A stretch of DNA of 32,000 nt from contig NZ_CP135009.1 in assembly GCF_039383305.1 (NCBI RefSeq), positions 300,001 through 332,000 of the forward strand, given 5' to 3'. The stretch comes from Candidatus Saccharimonadota bacterium (lineage in GTDB: Bacteria > Pseudomonadota > Gammaproteobacteria > Enterobacterales > Enterobacteriaceae). Positions 8,506 to 18,236 of the stretch are shown piece by piece; the stretch's first letter is position 1, and each line of letters starts with the position of its first letter. The position numbers and the translations under genes are program-made. Below the pieces are notes generated by a model that was given only the letters and a program-made list of their open reading frames with translations, was not told the origin of the DNA and searched no databases.

Positions 8506-10023
8506 TTGAAAAATATTATTATTTCTAATGATAATCTAAAAAAAATAAATATCGAATATTTTGAACGTAAAAAAAAATTAATTAAATTAAAAAAGAATGG
8601 ATTTAATTTCCCAAATCACTTATATTTTATAGAATCTTTTAAAAAAAAATATAAAAAATATTTTAAAAAAACAAAAAAAGAATTAAAAAATTTAAATATT
8701 TCTGTAAATATTTCAGGACGTATTTTAATACGTAGATTATTTGGAAAAGCATTATTTTTCATTATTCAAGATTTTAATTTTGAAATACAAATTTATATTT
8801 CTTCCAATATTTTTTCAATTTCAGAATATCAAGAAAAAATTTTAAACTTAGAGATAGGAGATATTATTGGTATACAAGGTATACTGTTCAAAACAAATAC
8901 CCAAGAATTATCTATTTATTGCCAGAAAATTGATTTATTAAATAAAAGCTTATATACACTTCCTAAAAAATTTTATGGATTACGAAATCAAGAATTAAAA
9001 TATAGACGAAGGTATTTAGATTTAATTATCAATCAAAAAACAAAAAAAATTTTTATTACAAGATCTAAGATATTATCTGAAATAAGATTTTTTATGGAAA
9101 AAAAAAAATTTATAGAAGTAGAAACTCCAATGATGCATATAATTCCAGGAGGAGCTCTTGCTAAACCTTTTATTACTTACAACAATACATTACATCAAAA
9201 CATGTATTTACGTATTGCTCCTGAAATATATTTAAAACAAATTATCATTGGAGGATTTAAAAAAATATTTGAAATTAATAGAAATTTTAGAAATGAAGGA
9301 ATATCTACTCGACATAATCCAGAATTTACTATGATGGAATGTTATACTGCATATAATAATTATAAAGATATGATGTTATTATTAAATAAATTACTATTAT
9401 ATTTAATTAAAAAATTATTTAATTCTTCTATTTTAAAATATAAAAAAAATTCTTTTGATTTTAAAAAAAAAATTCCTACTATGACTATGTATGAAGCTAT
9501 TTTATTCTTTAACCCTAATATTAAAAAAAAAGATTTAAAAAATCTTAAAAATATAAAAAAACTTATTAAAAAACTAAATTTAATTATTGAAAAAAAATGG
9601 AAATTAGGACATATTATTAATTATATTTTTGAAAAAACAACAGAAAAAAAAATCATATCTCCTACTTTTATAACGCATTATCCAATTGAAGTATCTCCTC
9701 TTTCTAAAGCAGATAATAAAAATCCTAATTATGCTGAAAGATTTGAATTTTTTTTATTTGGTTATGAAATAGCTAATGGATATTCAGAGTTAAATGATTC
9801 TGAAGAGCAAAAAAAACGTTTTAAATTACAATTATCTTATGAAAATAAAAAAAAAAATATAAATAATAATTATGATAAAGATTATATACATGCTTTAGAA
9901 TATGGTTTGCCTCCAACAGCTGGATTAGGGGTAGGGATAGATCGATTAATTATGATTTTAACTAATAACGAAAATATTCGTGATGTTATTTTTTTTCCTA
10001 CACTACGCATTAAAGAAGCATAG
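8506..10023 (+). CDS. lysS: Lysyl-tRNA synthetase (class II)
   Basis: 505 aa, the same length as E. coli LysS. VETPMMHIIPGGALAKPFITYNN, FRNEGISTRHNPEFTMME and GLPPTAGLGVGIDRL are near-identical to E. coli. TTG start 6 nt after the prfB stop, with AGGA at 8493-8496 inside the prfB 3' end. TAG stop. Confidence 0.96.
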   Translation: MKNIIISNDNLKKINIEYFERKKKLIKLKKNGFNFPNHLYFIESFKKKYKKYFKKTKKELKNLNISVNISGRILIRRLFGKALFFIIQDFNFEIQIYISSNIFSISEYQEKILNLEIGDIIGIQGILFKTNTQELSIYCQKIDLLNKSLYTLPKKFYGLRNQELKYRRRYLDLIINQKTKKIFITRSKILSEIRFFMEKKKFIEVETPMMHIIPGGALAKPFITYNNTLHQNMYLRIAPEIYLKQIIIGGFKKIFEINRNFRNEGISTRHNPEFTMMECYTAYNNYKDMMLLLNKLLLYLIKKLFNSSILKYKKNSFDFKKKIPTMTMYEAILFFNPNIKKKDLKNLKNIKKLIKKLNLIIEKKWKLGHIINYIFEKTTEKKIISPTFITHYPIEVSPLSKADNKNPNYAERFEFFLFGYEIANGYSELNDSEEQKKRFKLQLSYENKKKNINNNYDKDYIHALEYGLPPTAGLGVGIDRLIMILTNNENIRDVIFFPTLRIKEA

Positions 10024-10057
10024 AAAAATAAAAAACAATACTTAAAAGTGAAAATCT

Positions 10058-11287
10058 ATGAATACTGAAATTTTAAAAAAAAAAAATATTTTTTTTTTAG
10101 ATAAGAAATATAAAACTCCATTATGGTTATATAACGCTGATATCATAAAAAATCAAATTCTAAAATTAAAAAAATTTGATATCATACGTTATGCACAAAA
10201 ATCTTGTTCTAATTTACATATTTTAAAAATTATTAAAAAATATGGCGCTAAGATTGATGCTGTTTCTTATGGGGAAATTAAAAGAGCTTTATTAACTGGT
10301 TTTAAACCTAAAAGTAATGATATTGTTTATACATCAGATATTTTTGAAGAACATACTTTAAAAAAAATTATTAAACATAAAATTCCAGTTAATTTAGGAT
10401 CTCTAGACATGATTTCTCAACTAGGTAAAAAATCTTATCAACATCCAGTCTGGATACGTATAAATCCAAAATTTGGATCCGGACATCACATACGAACTAA
10501 TACAGGAGGAGAAAATAGTAAACATGGAATTTGGAATATAACTTTTGCTTTAGAATTACTTAAAAAATATAATTTAAAATTAATTGGATTACATATTCAC
10601 ATTGGATCTGGAGTTAATTATTTACATTTACAAAAAGTTAGTCAATTTATGATTAATGCAGCTCTTAAATTAAACCAAAAAATTAATTTTATTTCTGCCG
10701 GAGGAGGTTTAAGTATTCCCTATAAAGATTCTGAAAAAGAAATCGATATAAAACATTATTTTAATCTTTGGAATACAGCAAAACATAATATTTCTAATTT
10801 TTTGAAATGCCCTTTAAAATTAGAAATAGAACCTGGAAGATTTATCACAGCTCAATCTGGAATCTTACTCACTAAAATATGTGCAATCAAAAAAACACAA
10901 AAAAAATATTTTATTATTATCAATTCAGGATTTAATGATTTATTAAGACCAGTATTATATGGGAGTTATCATAAAATTTCAGTAATTCCCGGACCAAAAC
11001 ACATTTTTAATCAAAAATATAATATTGATGCTATATTAGCTGGACCTTTATGTGAATCTGGTGATATTTTTACTGTTACTGATACAGGTCATTTACTAAC
11101 TCGAAAATTTAAAAATGTTGCATTAGGAGATTATATTGTTATTCATGATACTGGAGCTTATGGATCTAGTATGTCTTCTAATTATAATAGTAAACCTTTA
11201 ATTCCAGAAATTTTATATTATAAAAAAAATTTTAAAATAATTCGTAGAAGACAAACGATAACTGAAATGTTAAATTTAGAAAAATAA
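10058..11287 (+). CDS. lysA: Diaminopimelate decarboxylase (last step of lysine biosynthesis)
   Basis: 409 aa. The PLP-lysine region YAQKSCSNLHILK matches E. coli FAQKACSNIHILR. HIHIGSG and EPGRF motifs are present. Confidence 0.93.
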   Translation: MNTEILKKKNIFFLDKKYKTPLWLYNADIIKNQILKLKKFDIIRYAQKSCSNLHILKIIKKYGAKIDAVSYGEIKRALLTGFKPKSNDIVYTSDIFEEHTLKKIIKHKIPVNLGSLDMISQLGKKSYQHPVWIRINPKFGSGHHIRTNTGGENSKHGIWNITFALELLKKYNLKLIGLHIHIGSGVNYLHLQKVSQFMINAALKLNQKINFISAGGGLSIPYKDSEKEIDIKHYFNLWNTAKHNISNFLKCPLKLEIEPGRFITAQSGILLTKICAIKKTQKKYFIIINSGFNDLLRPVLYGSYHKISVIPGPKHIFNQKYNIDAILAGPLCESGDIFTVTDTGHLLTRKFKNVALGDYIVIHDTGAYGSSMSSNYNSKPLIPEILYYKKNFKIIRRRQTITEMLNLEK

Positions 11288-11410
11288 AAATCTTAAATTT
11301 ATATAATTTTATTTATATAAAATAAATACCTAAAAATATATTAAAAAAAAATTCTTAAAATCTTTAACTAATTAAACATAATTCCTTATTTTATATAAAA
11401 TAATAAAACC

Positions 11411-12739
11411 ATGAAAAAAAAAGTATATATTAAAACTTGGGGATGCCAAATGAATGATCATGACTCCCATTTAATACAAAATATTTTAATAAAAGAAAAA
11501 TATATTATTGAAATAAATCCAGAAATTTCAGATATTTTAATTCTAAATACTTGCTCTATAAGAGAAAAAGCTCAAAAAAAAGTCTTTGATCAATTAGGAC
11601 GATGGAAAAAATTTAAAGAAAAAAATAAAAATTTAATTATTGCTGTTGGAGGTTGTTTAGCTACTCAAGAAGGAATTAAAATTTATAATAGAGCTCCTTT
11701 TATAAATATTATATTCGGTCCTCAAACAATCCAGAAACTACCTCATTTGTTTAAAAAAATTAATAAAAAAAAAAATTTTTTTATAGATATTAAATTAAAT
11801 TCTTTAGAAAAATTTAATTTAAATTTTGTTAAAACTCCAAAAAAAAAATATATAGAATATGTTTCTATTATTGAAGGATGTAATCAATTTTGTTCTTTTT
11901 GTATTGTTCCATATACACGAGGTAAAGAAATTAGTCGTCCATCTAATGATATTTTAAATGAAATTAAAAAATTATCAAACCATGGCATTAGAGAGATTAT
12001 CTTATTAGGGCAAAATGTAAATGCATATTATGAAAAAAAAAAACATAATAAAATATATGATTTCTGTGATTTATTAACAGATATTTCTAAAATTAAAAAA
12101 ATTTTTCGTATTCGATATATAACTAGTCATCCTAAAAAATTTCATAATAAATTAATTAAATTATATCAAAAAATCCCAAAATTAGTAAATTTCTTGCATT
12201 TACCCGTACAAAGTGGTTCTGATAATATTTTAAAATCTATGAAAAGAGGATATACCATTTCTCAATATGAAAAAATTATTTCTAAATTAAAAAAAATACG
12301 TCCAAATATGACGTTTAGTTCTGATTTTATTGTAGGTTATCCAGGAGAAACAGAAAAAGATTTTAAAAATACTTTAGATTTTATTAAAAAAATAAATTTT
12401 GATACAAGTTTTAGTTTTTTATATTCAAAACGACCTAAGACTAAAGCAGCAAAATTAAATGATTCTATATCTTTAGAAAAAAAAAAAAAACGTTTGCAGA
12501 TTCTACAAAAACAAATTAAATTACAAGCATTACAATGGCGCAGAAGAATGCTAGGTACAATACAACAAATATTAGTAGAAGGTAGTAATATCCTAAATAA
12601 TACAATAGAATTTTTTGGAAAAACAGAAAATAATCGTCGAGTATATTTTTTAGGAAATGAAAAACATCTTGGTACATTAGTAAATGTAAAAATTATAAAT
12701 ATTAATTACCATTCTTTTTTAAAAGGAAAATTACTATAA
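11411..12739 (+). CDS. miaB: tRNA-2-methylthio-N6-dimethylallyladenosine synthase (radical SAM methylthiotransferase)
   Basis: 442 aa. N-terminal cluster YIKTWGCQMN, radical-SAM CxxxCxxC (EGCNQFCSFCIVPYTRG) and a C-terminal TRAM-like domain. Confidence 0.93.
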   Translation: MKKKVYIKTWGCQMNDHDSHLIQNILIKEKYIIEINPEISDILILNTCSIREKAQKKVFDQLGRWKKFKEKNKNLIIAVGGCLATQEGIKIYNRAPFINIIFGPQTIQKLPHLFKKINKKKNFFIDIKLNSLEKFNLNFVKTPKKKYIEYVSIIEGCNQFCSFCIVPYTRGKEISRPSNDILNEIKKLSNHGIREIILLGQNVNAYYEKKKHNKIYDFCDLLTDISKIKKIFRIRYITSHPKKFHNKLIKLYQKIPKLVNFLHLPVQSGSDNILKSMKRGYTISQYEKIISKLKKIRPNMTFSSDFIVGYPGETEKDFKNTLDFIKKINFDTSFSFLYSKRPKTKAAKLNDSISLEKKKKRLQILQKQIKLQALQWRRRMLGTIQQILVEGSNILNNTIEFFGKTENNRRVYFLGNEKHLGTLVNVKIININYHSFLKGKLL

Positions 12740-12799
12740 TTATTAAATTTTTTATTTAAAAAACTTATAAAAAATATCATTTAAAATTAGATATAAAAT

Positions 12800-13249
12800 A
12801 TGACAAAAATAAAAATAAATATTCAAAAAGTTTGTAAAAAAAAAAAATTTATCCCTTTAAAAAAAGATTTTCAAAAATGGTTATCTTTTTTATTTAAAAA
12901 AAAAAAAATCGAAATTACAATTAGAATAGTAGAAAAATATGAAATAAAAATGTTAAATTTTTTATATCGTAAAAAAAATTTTCCTACTAACATCTTATCA
13001 TTTTCTTTTAATTCATTTTTTAAAGAAAATAATTTCTGTTATTTAGGAGACATTATTATGTGTAAAAGTTACTTAGAACAAGAAGCATTTAAATACAAAA
13101 AAAATCTAAAAGAACACTGGGCTCATTTAACTATACATGCCACTTTACATTTATTAAAATATACACATAATACATTCGAATCACAAAAAAAAATGGAGAA
13201 TTTAGAAATTAAATTATTATCAAAATTAGGTTATAAAAATCCTTATTAA
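12800..13249 (+). CDS. ybeY: Endoribonuclease YbeY (16S rRNA 3' maturation)
   Basis: 149 aa. Metal-binding H3xH5xH motif HATLHLLKYTH (E. coli HGSLHLLGYDH). The C-terminus LGYKNPY matches LGYEDPY. It is followed by corC, as in E. coli. Confidence 0.88.
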   Translation: MTKIKINIQKVCKKKKFIPLKKDFQKWLSFLFKKKKIEITIRIVEKYEIKMLNFLYRKKNFPTNILSFSFNSFFKENNFCYLGDIIMCKSYLEQEAFKYKKNLKEHWAHLTIHATLHLLKYTHNTFESQKKMENLEIKLLSKLGYKNPY

Positions 13250-13333
13250 CATAAAATAATAAAATATAGATTAAAAATAAAAAAATTATATTCATATTTC
13301 ACATTAACTTAATTGGTATACTAAATAAATTAC

Positions 13334-14188
13334 ATGAATGAAAAATATCTAACATCTACTTATAAAAAATATAAAAAAGGTTTTTTTTCTGATATAATAC
13401 ATCATTTTTTTCAAATAGAACCTAAAAATCAAGAAGAATTATTAGAATTAATTCATTTTTTAAAAAAAAGAAAAAAATTGGATTCTGAAACTTTTGATAT
13501 GTTAAAAGGAGTAATTGTTATTTCTAAAAAAAAAGTACGTGACATTATGATTCCCAAACCTCAAATCGTTTTTTTAAAATCTGATTATACATTAAAAAAA
13601 TGTTTAAAAATTATTACAACTTCTTCTCATTCTAGATTTCCTGTAATTAATCATGACAAAAATTTCGTAGAAGGTTTCTTAATGGCTAAAGATTTTTTAT
13701 TTTTTTCTAATAATAAAAAAAATACTTTTTTTATAAAAAATATCTTAAGACCGGCACTTTTAGTACCTGAAAGCAAATCTGCAGATAGTATGTTAAAAAA
13801 TTTCCAATCCAAAAGATATCATATGGCAATTGTAATTGATGAATTTGGAAATATTTCAGGATTAGTTACTATAGAAGATATTTTAGAATTAATAGTAGGT
13901 AATATAGAAGATGAATACGATAATACAATAAATTATGAAAATAATATTAAAAAAATAGATAATAAAAATTACATAATTCAAGGATTGACCACCTTAAAAC
14001 AATTTAATAATTTTTTTCATACTAAATATAACGATTCAGAAATAGAAACTATTGGAGGATTATTATTAAAGAAATTTGGAAAAATCCCAAAAAAAAATGA
14101 AAAAATTAAAATTGATACATTTATTTTTATAGTTACAATCGTAAATTATCGTCATATTATACAAACTCAAATGAAAATTCACTTGTAA
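13334..14188 (+). CDS. corC: CBS-domain Mg/Co efflux-associated protein CorC/YbeX
   Basis: 284 aa. VRDIMIPKPQ, HSRFPVI and RYHMAIVIDEFGNISGLVTIEDILELIVGNIEDEYD are near-identical to E. coli YbeX. Confidence 0.92.
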   Translation: MNEKYLTSTYKKYKKGFFSDIIHHFFQIEPKNQEELLELIHFLKKRKKLDSETFDMLKGVIVISKKKVRDIMIPKPQIVFLKSDYTLKKCLKIITTSSHSRFPVINHDKNFVEGFLMAKDFLFFSNNKKNTFFIKNILRPALLVPESKSADSMLKNFQSKRYHMAIVIDEFGNISGLVTIEDILELIVGNIEDEYDNTINYENNIKKIDNKNYIIQGLTTLKQFNNFFHTKYNDSEIETIGGLLLKKFGKIPKKNEKIKIDTFIFIVTIVNYRHIIQTQMKIHL

Positions 14189-14314
14189 TAAAAAATAAAA
14201 AAATATTTAAATATACTAGTATTCAAAAATTATTTTTAAAACATATTCATTAAAAAAAAAATTTATATTATTTTTTTTAAAAAAAATATATTTTTTTTAA
14301 AAAACAGGAAAAAA

Positions 14315-16867
14315 ATGGAAAAAGAATATAAACCGCAATATATAGAAAATTTTGTACAAAAACATTGGGAAAAATATAAAACTTTTTCTGTATATAAAAA
14401 TAAAAAAAAAAAAAAATTTTATTGTTTACCTATGATGCCATATCCTTCGGGAAATTTACATATGGGACATATACGTAATTATACAATTAGTGATATTATA
14501 TCACGATTTCAACGTATGTTAGGAAAAAATGTATTACAACCTATTGGATGGGATGCTTTTGGTTTACCGGCGGAGCAAGCCGCTATTATACATAATATAC
14601 ATCCAGAAAAATGGACTAAAAAAAATATTCAAAATATGCGAATTCAACTAAAAAAATTAGGTTTTAGTTATGATTGGAATCGAGAAATTACAACTTGTAA
14701 TCCCAATTATTATCGCTGGGAACAATGGTTTTTTATACAATTATTTAAAAAAAAAATTATTTATAAAAAAAATACCTTAGTAAATTGGTGTCCTCAAGAT
14801 AAAACGGTTTTAGCCAATGAACAAGTAATACAAAATTCTTGTTGGAGATGCCAAACTACTATTATTTTTAAAAAAATTCCACAATGGTTTTTAAAAATTA
14901 CTAATTATGCAGAAGAACTTTTAAACGATTTAAAAAGTTTAACTAAATGGCCTCAAGATGTTATTAACATGCAAAAAAAATGGATTGGAAAATCTACTGG
15001 ATTACAAATAAAATTTAAAATTCAAAATCAAAAAAAATATATAGAAATTTATACTACAGAATGCCAAACTATAATGAATATAAAATTTATCGCAATATCT
15101 CCAGAACATCCATTTACAAAAACTTTAATTTTAAAAAATTTATTAATTAAAAACTTTATAAAAAAATATCAAAAAAATTTTTTAAATAAAGAAAAAATGA
15201 TTAAAAAAAAATTATATGGTATTAATACTCAAAATTATGTTTTACATCCACTTACCAAAAAAAAAATACCTATTTGGATTGCGTATTATGTGAAAAATAA
15301 TTATGCAACCAGTGCAATTATGGGTGTTCCTAAATATAATTCTATAGATTTAAAATTTTCTTTATTACATCATATACATTATAAAAAAAAAAATGATCAA
15401 AATAATAACTTGACTATTTATAATCAAAAAAATAATATAAATAATATTTCTAAAAAAAAAAATTTTTCTGAAATAAAAAATTTTTTAATAAAAAAAAAAA
15501 TTGCAAAAAAAAAAATTTATTATAAATTACAAGATTGGAGTATTTCTCGTCAAAGATATTGGGGTACACCTATTCCGATTGCTTATACTCAAACTGGTAA
15601 AATTGTTACAATTCCAGAAAATCAATTACCTGTTATTCTACCCAAAAATATAATTATAAAAAATGATATAAATATACTCCATAAAAATAAAAAATGGATT
15701 AATATAATTTTAAATAGCCAAAATTTAATCAGAGAAACAGATACTTTAGATACTTTTTTTGAATCTTCATGGTATTATGCACGTTATACTAATCCTTATT
15801 TTATTAAAGGTATGATTGACATTCATATGGCAAAATATTGGCTTCCTATTGATCTTTATATCGGTGGAATAGAACATGCTATTCTACATTTAATGTATTT
15901 TAGATTTTTTCATAAATTACTACGTGATTTTGGATTCGTAAAATCTAATGAACCTTCTAAAAAATTATTATGTCAAGGTATGGTTTTATCTGATGCTTTT
16001 TATTATTTTGAAAAAAATGGAAAAAAAATTTGGTTAAATAAAAAAAACATAAAAATAAAATATAATGTTCATAAACAAATTATTTCTGCAAAATTATTAA
16101 ATGGAATTCCAGTACATTATGCTGGAAAAATTAAAATGTCTAAATCAAAAAAAAACGGCGTTAATCCATTAAAAATTTTAAAAAAATATGGAGCAGATAC
16201 TTTAAGGTTATTTTTAATATATGCTTCTCCTATTGAATCTTCATTAGAATGGCAAGAAAACGGATTAATAGGCATGCATAGATTTTTAAAAAAAATTTGG
16301 AATTTTATTTATTTAATAAAAAATTCTCAAGAAAATTTTAAAAAATATAAAATTTCTGAACTAATTTTTAAAAAAATAAATTTTGAATTAAATAATACTA
16401 TTTTAAAGATTACTAAATCTTTAAAAAATACATATTCTCTTAATACTGCAATATCTTATATTATTAAATTTTTTAATTTTTTTAAAAAAAAATATCAAAA
16501 ATATGAAATTTCACTTGAAATAAGCAAAAAATCTATAAAAACAATATTAATTTTATTATATCCGTTTGCTCCACATATTTGTTTTGTATTATGGAAAAAA
16601 ATATATAATAAAAAAAAAAAATCTATTGATGAAGAAAAATGGCCTATTCCTGATTTCACTGCTTTAAAAATTCATCAAAAAAATATTACTATACAGATTA
16701 ATGGTAAAAAAAGACATATTATGAAGGTTAATATTGATGAAACTAAAAAAAAAATAATACAAAAAATTACAAATCTAGAAAATCTAAAAAAATATTTTAA
16801 AAATTGTGCTATAATTAAAATTATATATATTCCTTTAAAAATCATTAATTTTGTATTAAAAAATTAA
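14315..16867 (+). CDS. leuS: Leucyl-tRNA synthetase
   Basis: 850 aa. HIGH motif PSGNLHMGHIRNY and KMSKS motif KMSKSKKNG. WSISRQRYWGTPIP and DLYIGGIEHAILHLMYFRFFHKLLRD match E. coli LeuRS. Confidence 0.97.
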   Translation: MEKEYKPQYIENFVQKHWEKYKTFSVYKNKKKKKFYCLPMMPYPSGNLHMGHIRNYTISDIISRFQRMLGKNVLQPIGWDAFGLPAEQAAIIHNIHPEKWTKKNIQNMRIQLKKLGFSYDWNREITTCNPNYYRWEQWFFIQLFKKKIIYKKNTLVNWCPQDKTVLANEQVIQNSCWRCQTTIIFKKIPQWFLKITNYAEELLNDLKSLTKWPQDVINMQKKWIGKSTGLQIKFKIQNQKKYIEIYTTECQTIMNIKFIAISPEHPFTKTLILKNLLIKNFIKKYQKNFLNKEKMIKKKLYGINTQNYVLHPLTKKKIPIWIAYYVKNNYATSAIMGVPKYNSIDLKFSLLHHIHYKKKNDQNNNLTIYNQKNNINNISKKKNFSEIKNFLIKKKIAKKKIYYKLQDWSISRQRYWGTPIPIAYTQTGKIVTIPENQLPVILPKNIIIKNDINILHKNKKWINIILNSQNLIRETDTLDTFFESSWYYARYTNPYFIKGMIDIHMAKYWLPIDLYIGGIEHAILHLMYFRFFHKLLRDFGFVKSNEPSKKLLCQGMVLSDAFYYFEKNGKKIWLNKKNIKIKYNVHKQIISAKLLNGIPVHYAGKIKMSKSKKNGVNPLKILKKYGADTLRLFLIYASPIESSLEWQENGLIGMHRFLKKIWNFIYLIKNSQENFKKYKISELIFKKINFELNNTILKITKSLKNTYSLNTAISYIIKFFNFFKKKYQKYEISLEISKKSIKTILILLYPFAPHICFVLWKKIYNKKKKSIDEEKWPIPDFTALKIHQKNITIQINGKKRHIMKVNIDETKKKIIQKITNLENLKKYFKNCAIIKIIYIPLKIINFVLKN

Positions 16868-16903
16868 TTTATTATTTGTTTTCTACTAAGCTAATAAAAA
16901 AAT

Positions 16904-17902
16904 ATGAATTTTTTTTTAAAAAACATAAATCAAATACAAAAAAATAAGAAAAATATTTTTTTTTATATTATTATTACTTCTAATGAATTTTTTTTACAAG
17001 AAAATATAAAAAATATTTTAAAATTAGAAAAAAAAAAAAATTTTTTAAATTATATATATATTACTATTTTAAAAGAATCTGATTGGATTTATTTTTTTCA
17101 AAAATACAGTATAAAAAATTTTTTTTATAATAAGACTATTTTAATTGTTACAATTTTAGAAAAAAATATTCATAAAAAAATTCAAGAAAATTTTAAAAAA
17201 ATCTCAAAAATTTTTACGATACACATTAAAATAATTTTTAAATTTTTAAAACTTAATCTTATAAAAAATTATACAAAAATTTTTGAGAAATATTTTTCAA
17301 AAAAATTTTTTATAATTCAAAATCAAGACTTTTCAAAAATTCAATTTTCTTTATGGAAAAAAAAAAAAATTCAAAAACTTCAAAATCATTTTGATCCTAA
17401 AATTCTCATTTCTTTATTAAAAAAAAATATATTAAATTTCTTAAAAACTTTAAAAATTTTAAAAGATTTGCAAATTATTTATCCAAATAAATTTATCACT
17501 TTTAAAATTTTTAAAAAATATAAAATTTCTAATATACCTTATACATCTTCTCAATGGATTAATGCTATTATTTTAGGAAAAAAACAAAAATCTATTTTTA
17601 TTTTAAATAAATTAAAAACTTATAATATATCTTGTAAATATTTAGTTGAAATATTTACAAATTTTATTCTAACAGTATTAAAAATTAAAGAAAAAGAAAT
17701 TTTTTTATATAATTATTCAAAATTTTTTATATTTTATTTAGAAATAAAATTTCAAGATATACTTAATTGTACTAAAAAAAATACTCTACAAAATATATAT
17801 TCAGCTATAAAATTATTAAAAATTATAGATTTTAATTTAAAAATTAATAATCTTTATAATATCTGGACATATTTTCAAATCTTATCTATTACTTTAAATT
17901 AA
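16904..17902 (+). CDS. holA: DNA polymerase III delta subunit (highly diverged)
   Basis: 332 aa, directly downstream of leuS as in enterobacteria. Residual collinearity with E. coli HolA: IIITSNEFFLQENIKNI vs LLLGNDPLLLQESQDAV, and YTSSQWINAIILGKKQKSIFILNKLK vs FTPFHWVDALLMGKSKRALHILQQLR. Confidence 0.72.
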   Translation: MNFFLKNINQIQKNKKNIFFYIIITSNEFFLQENIKNILKLEKKKNFLNYIYITILKESDWIYFFQKYSIKNFFYNKTILIVTILEKNIHKKIQENFKKISKIFTIHIKIIFKFLKLNLIKNYTKIFEKYFSKKFFIIQNQDFSKIQFSLWKKKKIQKLQNHFDPKILISLLKKNILNFLKTLKILKDLQIIYPNKFITFKIFKKYKISNIPYTSSQWINAIILGKKQKSIFILNKLKTYNISCKYLVEIFTNFILTVLKIKEKEIFLYNYSKFFIFYLEIKFQDILNCTKKNTLQNIYSAIKLLKIIDFNLKINNLYNIWTYFQILSITLN

Positions 17903-17966
17903 TAATCTATATATTAAAAATTAAAATTTTATTTTCTATCCGTTCTAATAATAGAGTCTTAATAAT

Positions 17967-18203
17967 ATGTTCCAAAAAAAAAATATATTAAATTTACAAG
18001 GATATCGTTGCCCTGAATTTTTATTAAATTTAAGAAAAAAACTACATTTTTCATTTTCTACACAAAAAATTGTTATTTTAACAGATGATATCTCCAATCA
18101 AAGAGATATCATCACATTTTGTTATTTTATGAAATATAAAATAATAACATATAAAAATACAAAAACACCTTATCAATATGTTATTCAAAAAACCTTTTTC
18201 TAA
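17967..18203 (+). CDS. tusA: Sulfur carrier protein TusA (SirA/YhhP)
   Basis: 78 aa. The active-site Cys context GYRCPEFLLNLRKKL matches E. coli GLRCPEPVMMVRKTV. ILTDDISNQRDIITFCYFM matches IIADDPATTRDIPSFCRFM. PYQYVIQK matches PYRYLIRK. Confidence 0.88.
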   Translation: MFQKKNILNLQGYRCPEFLLNLRKKLHFSFSTQKIVILTDDISNQRDIITFCYFMKYKIITYKNTKTPYQYVIQKTFF

Positions 18204-18236
18204 AAAAACTAAAATTTTTTATAATAAAAAATATAA

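Noticed and set aside
14213-14222. 10-bp palindrome ATACTAGTAT downstream of corC
   Set aside because: It is too short, has no loop and no T-tract, and is compatible with chance.
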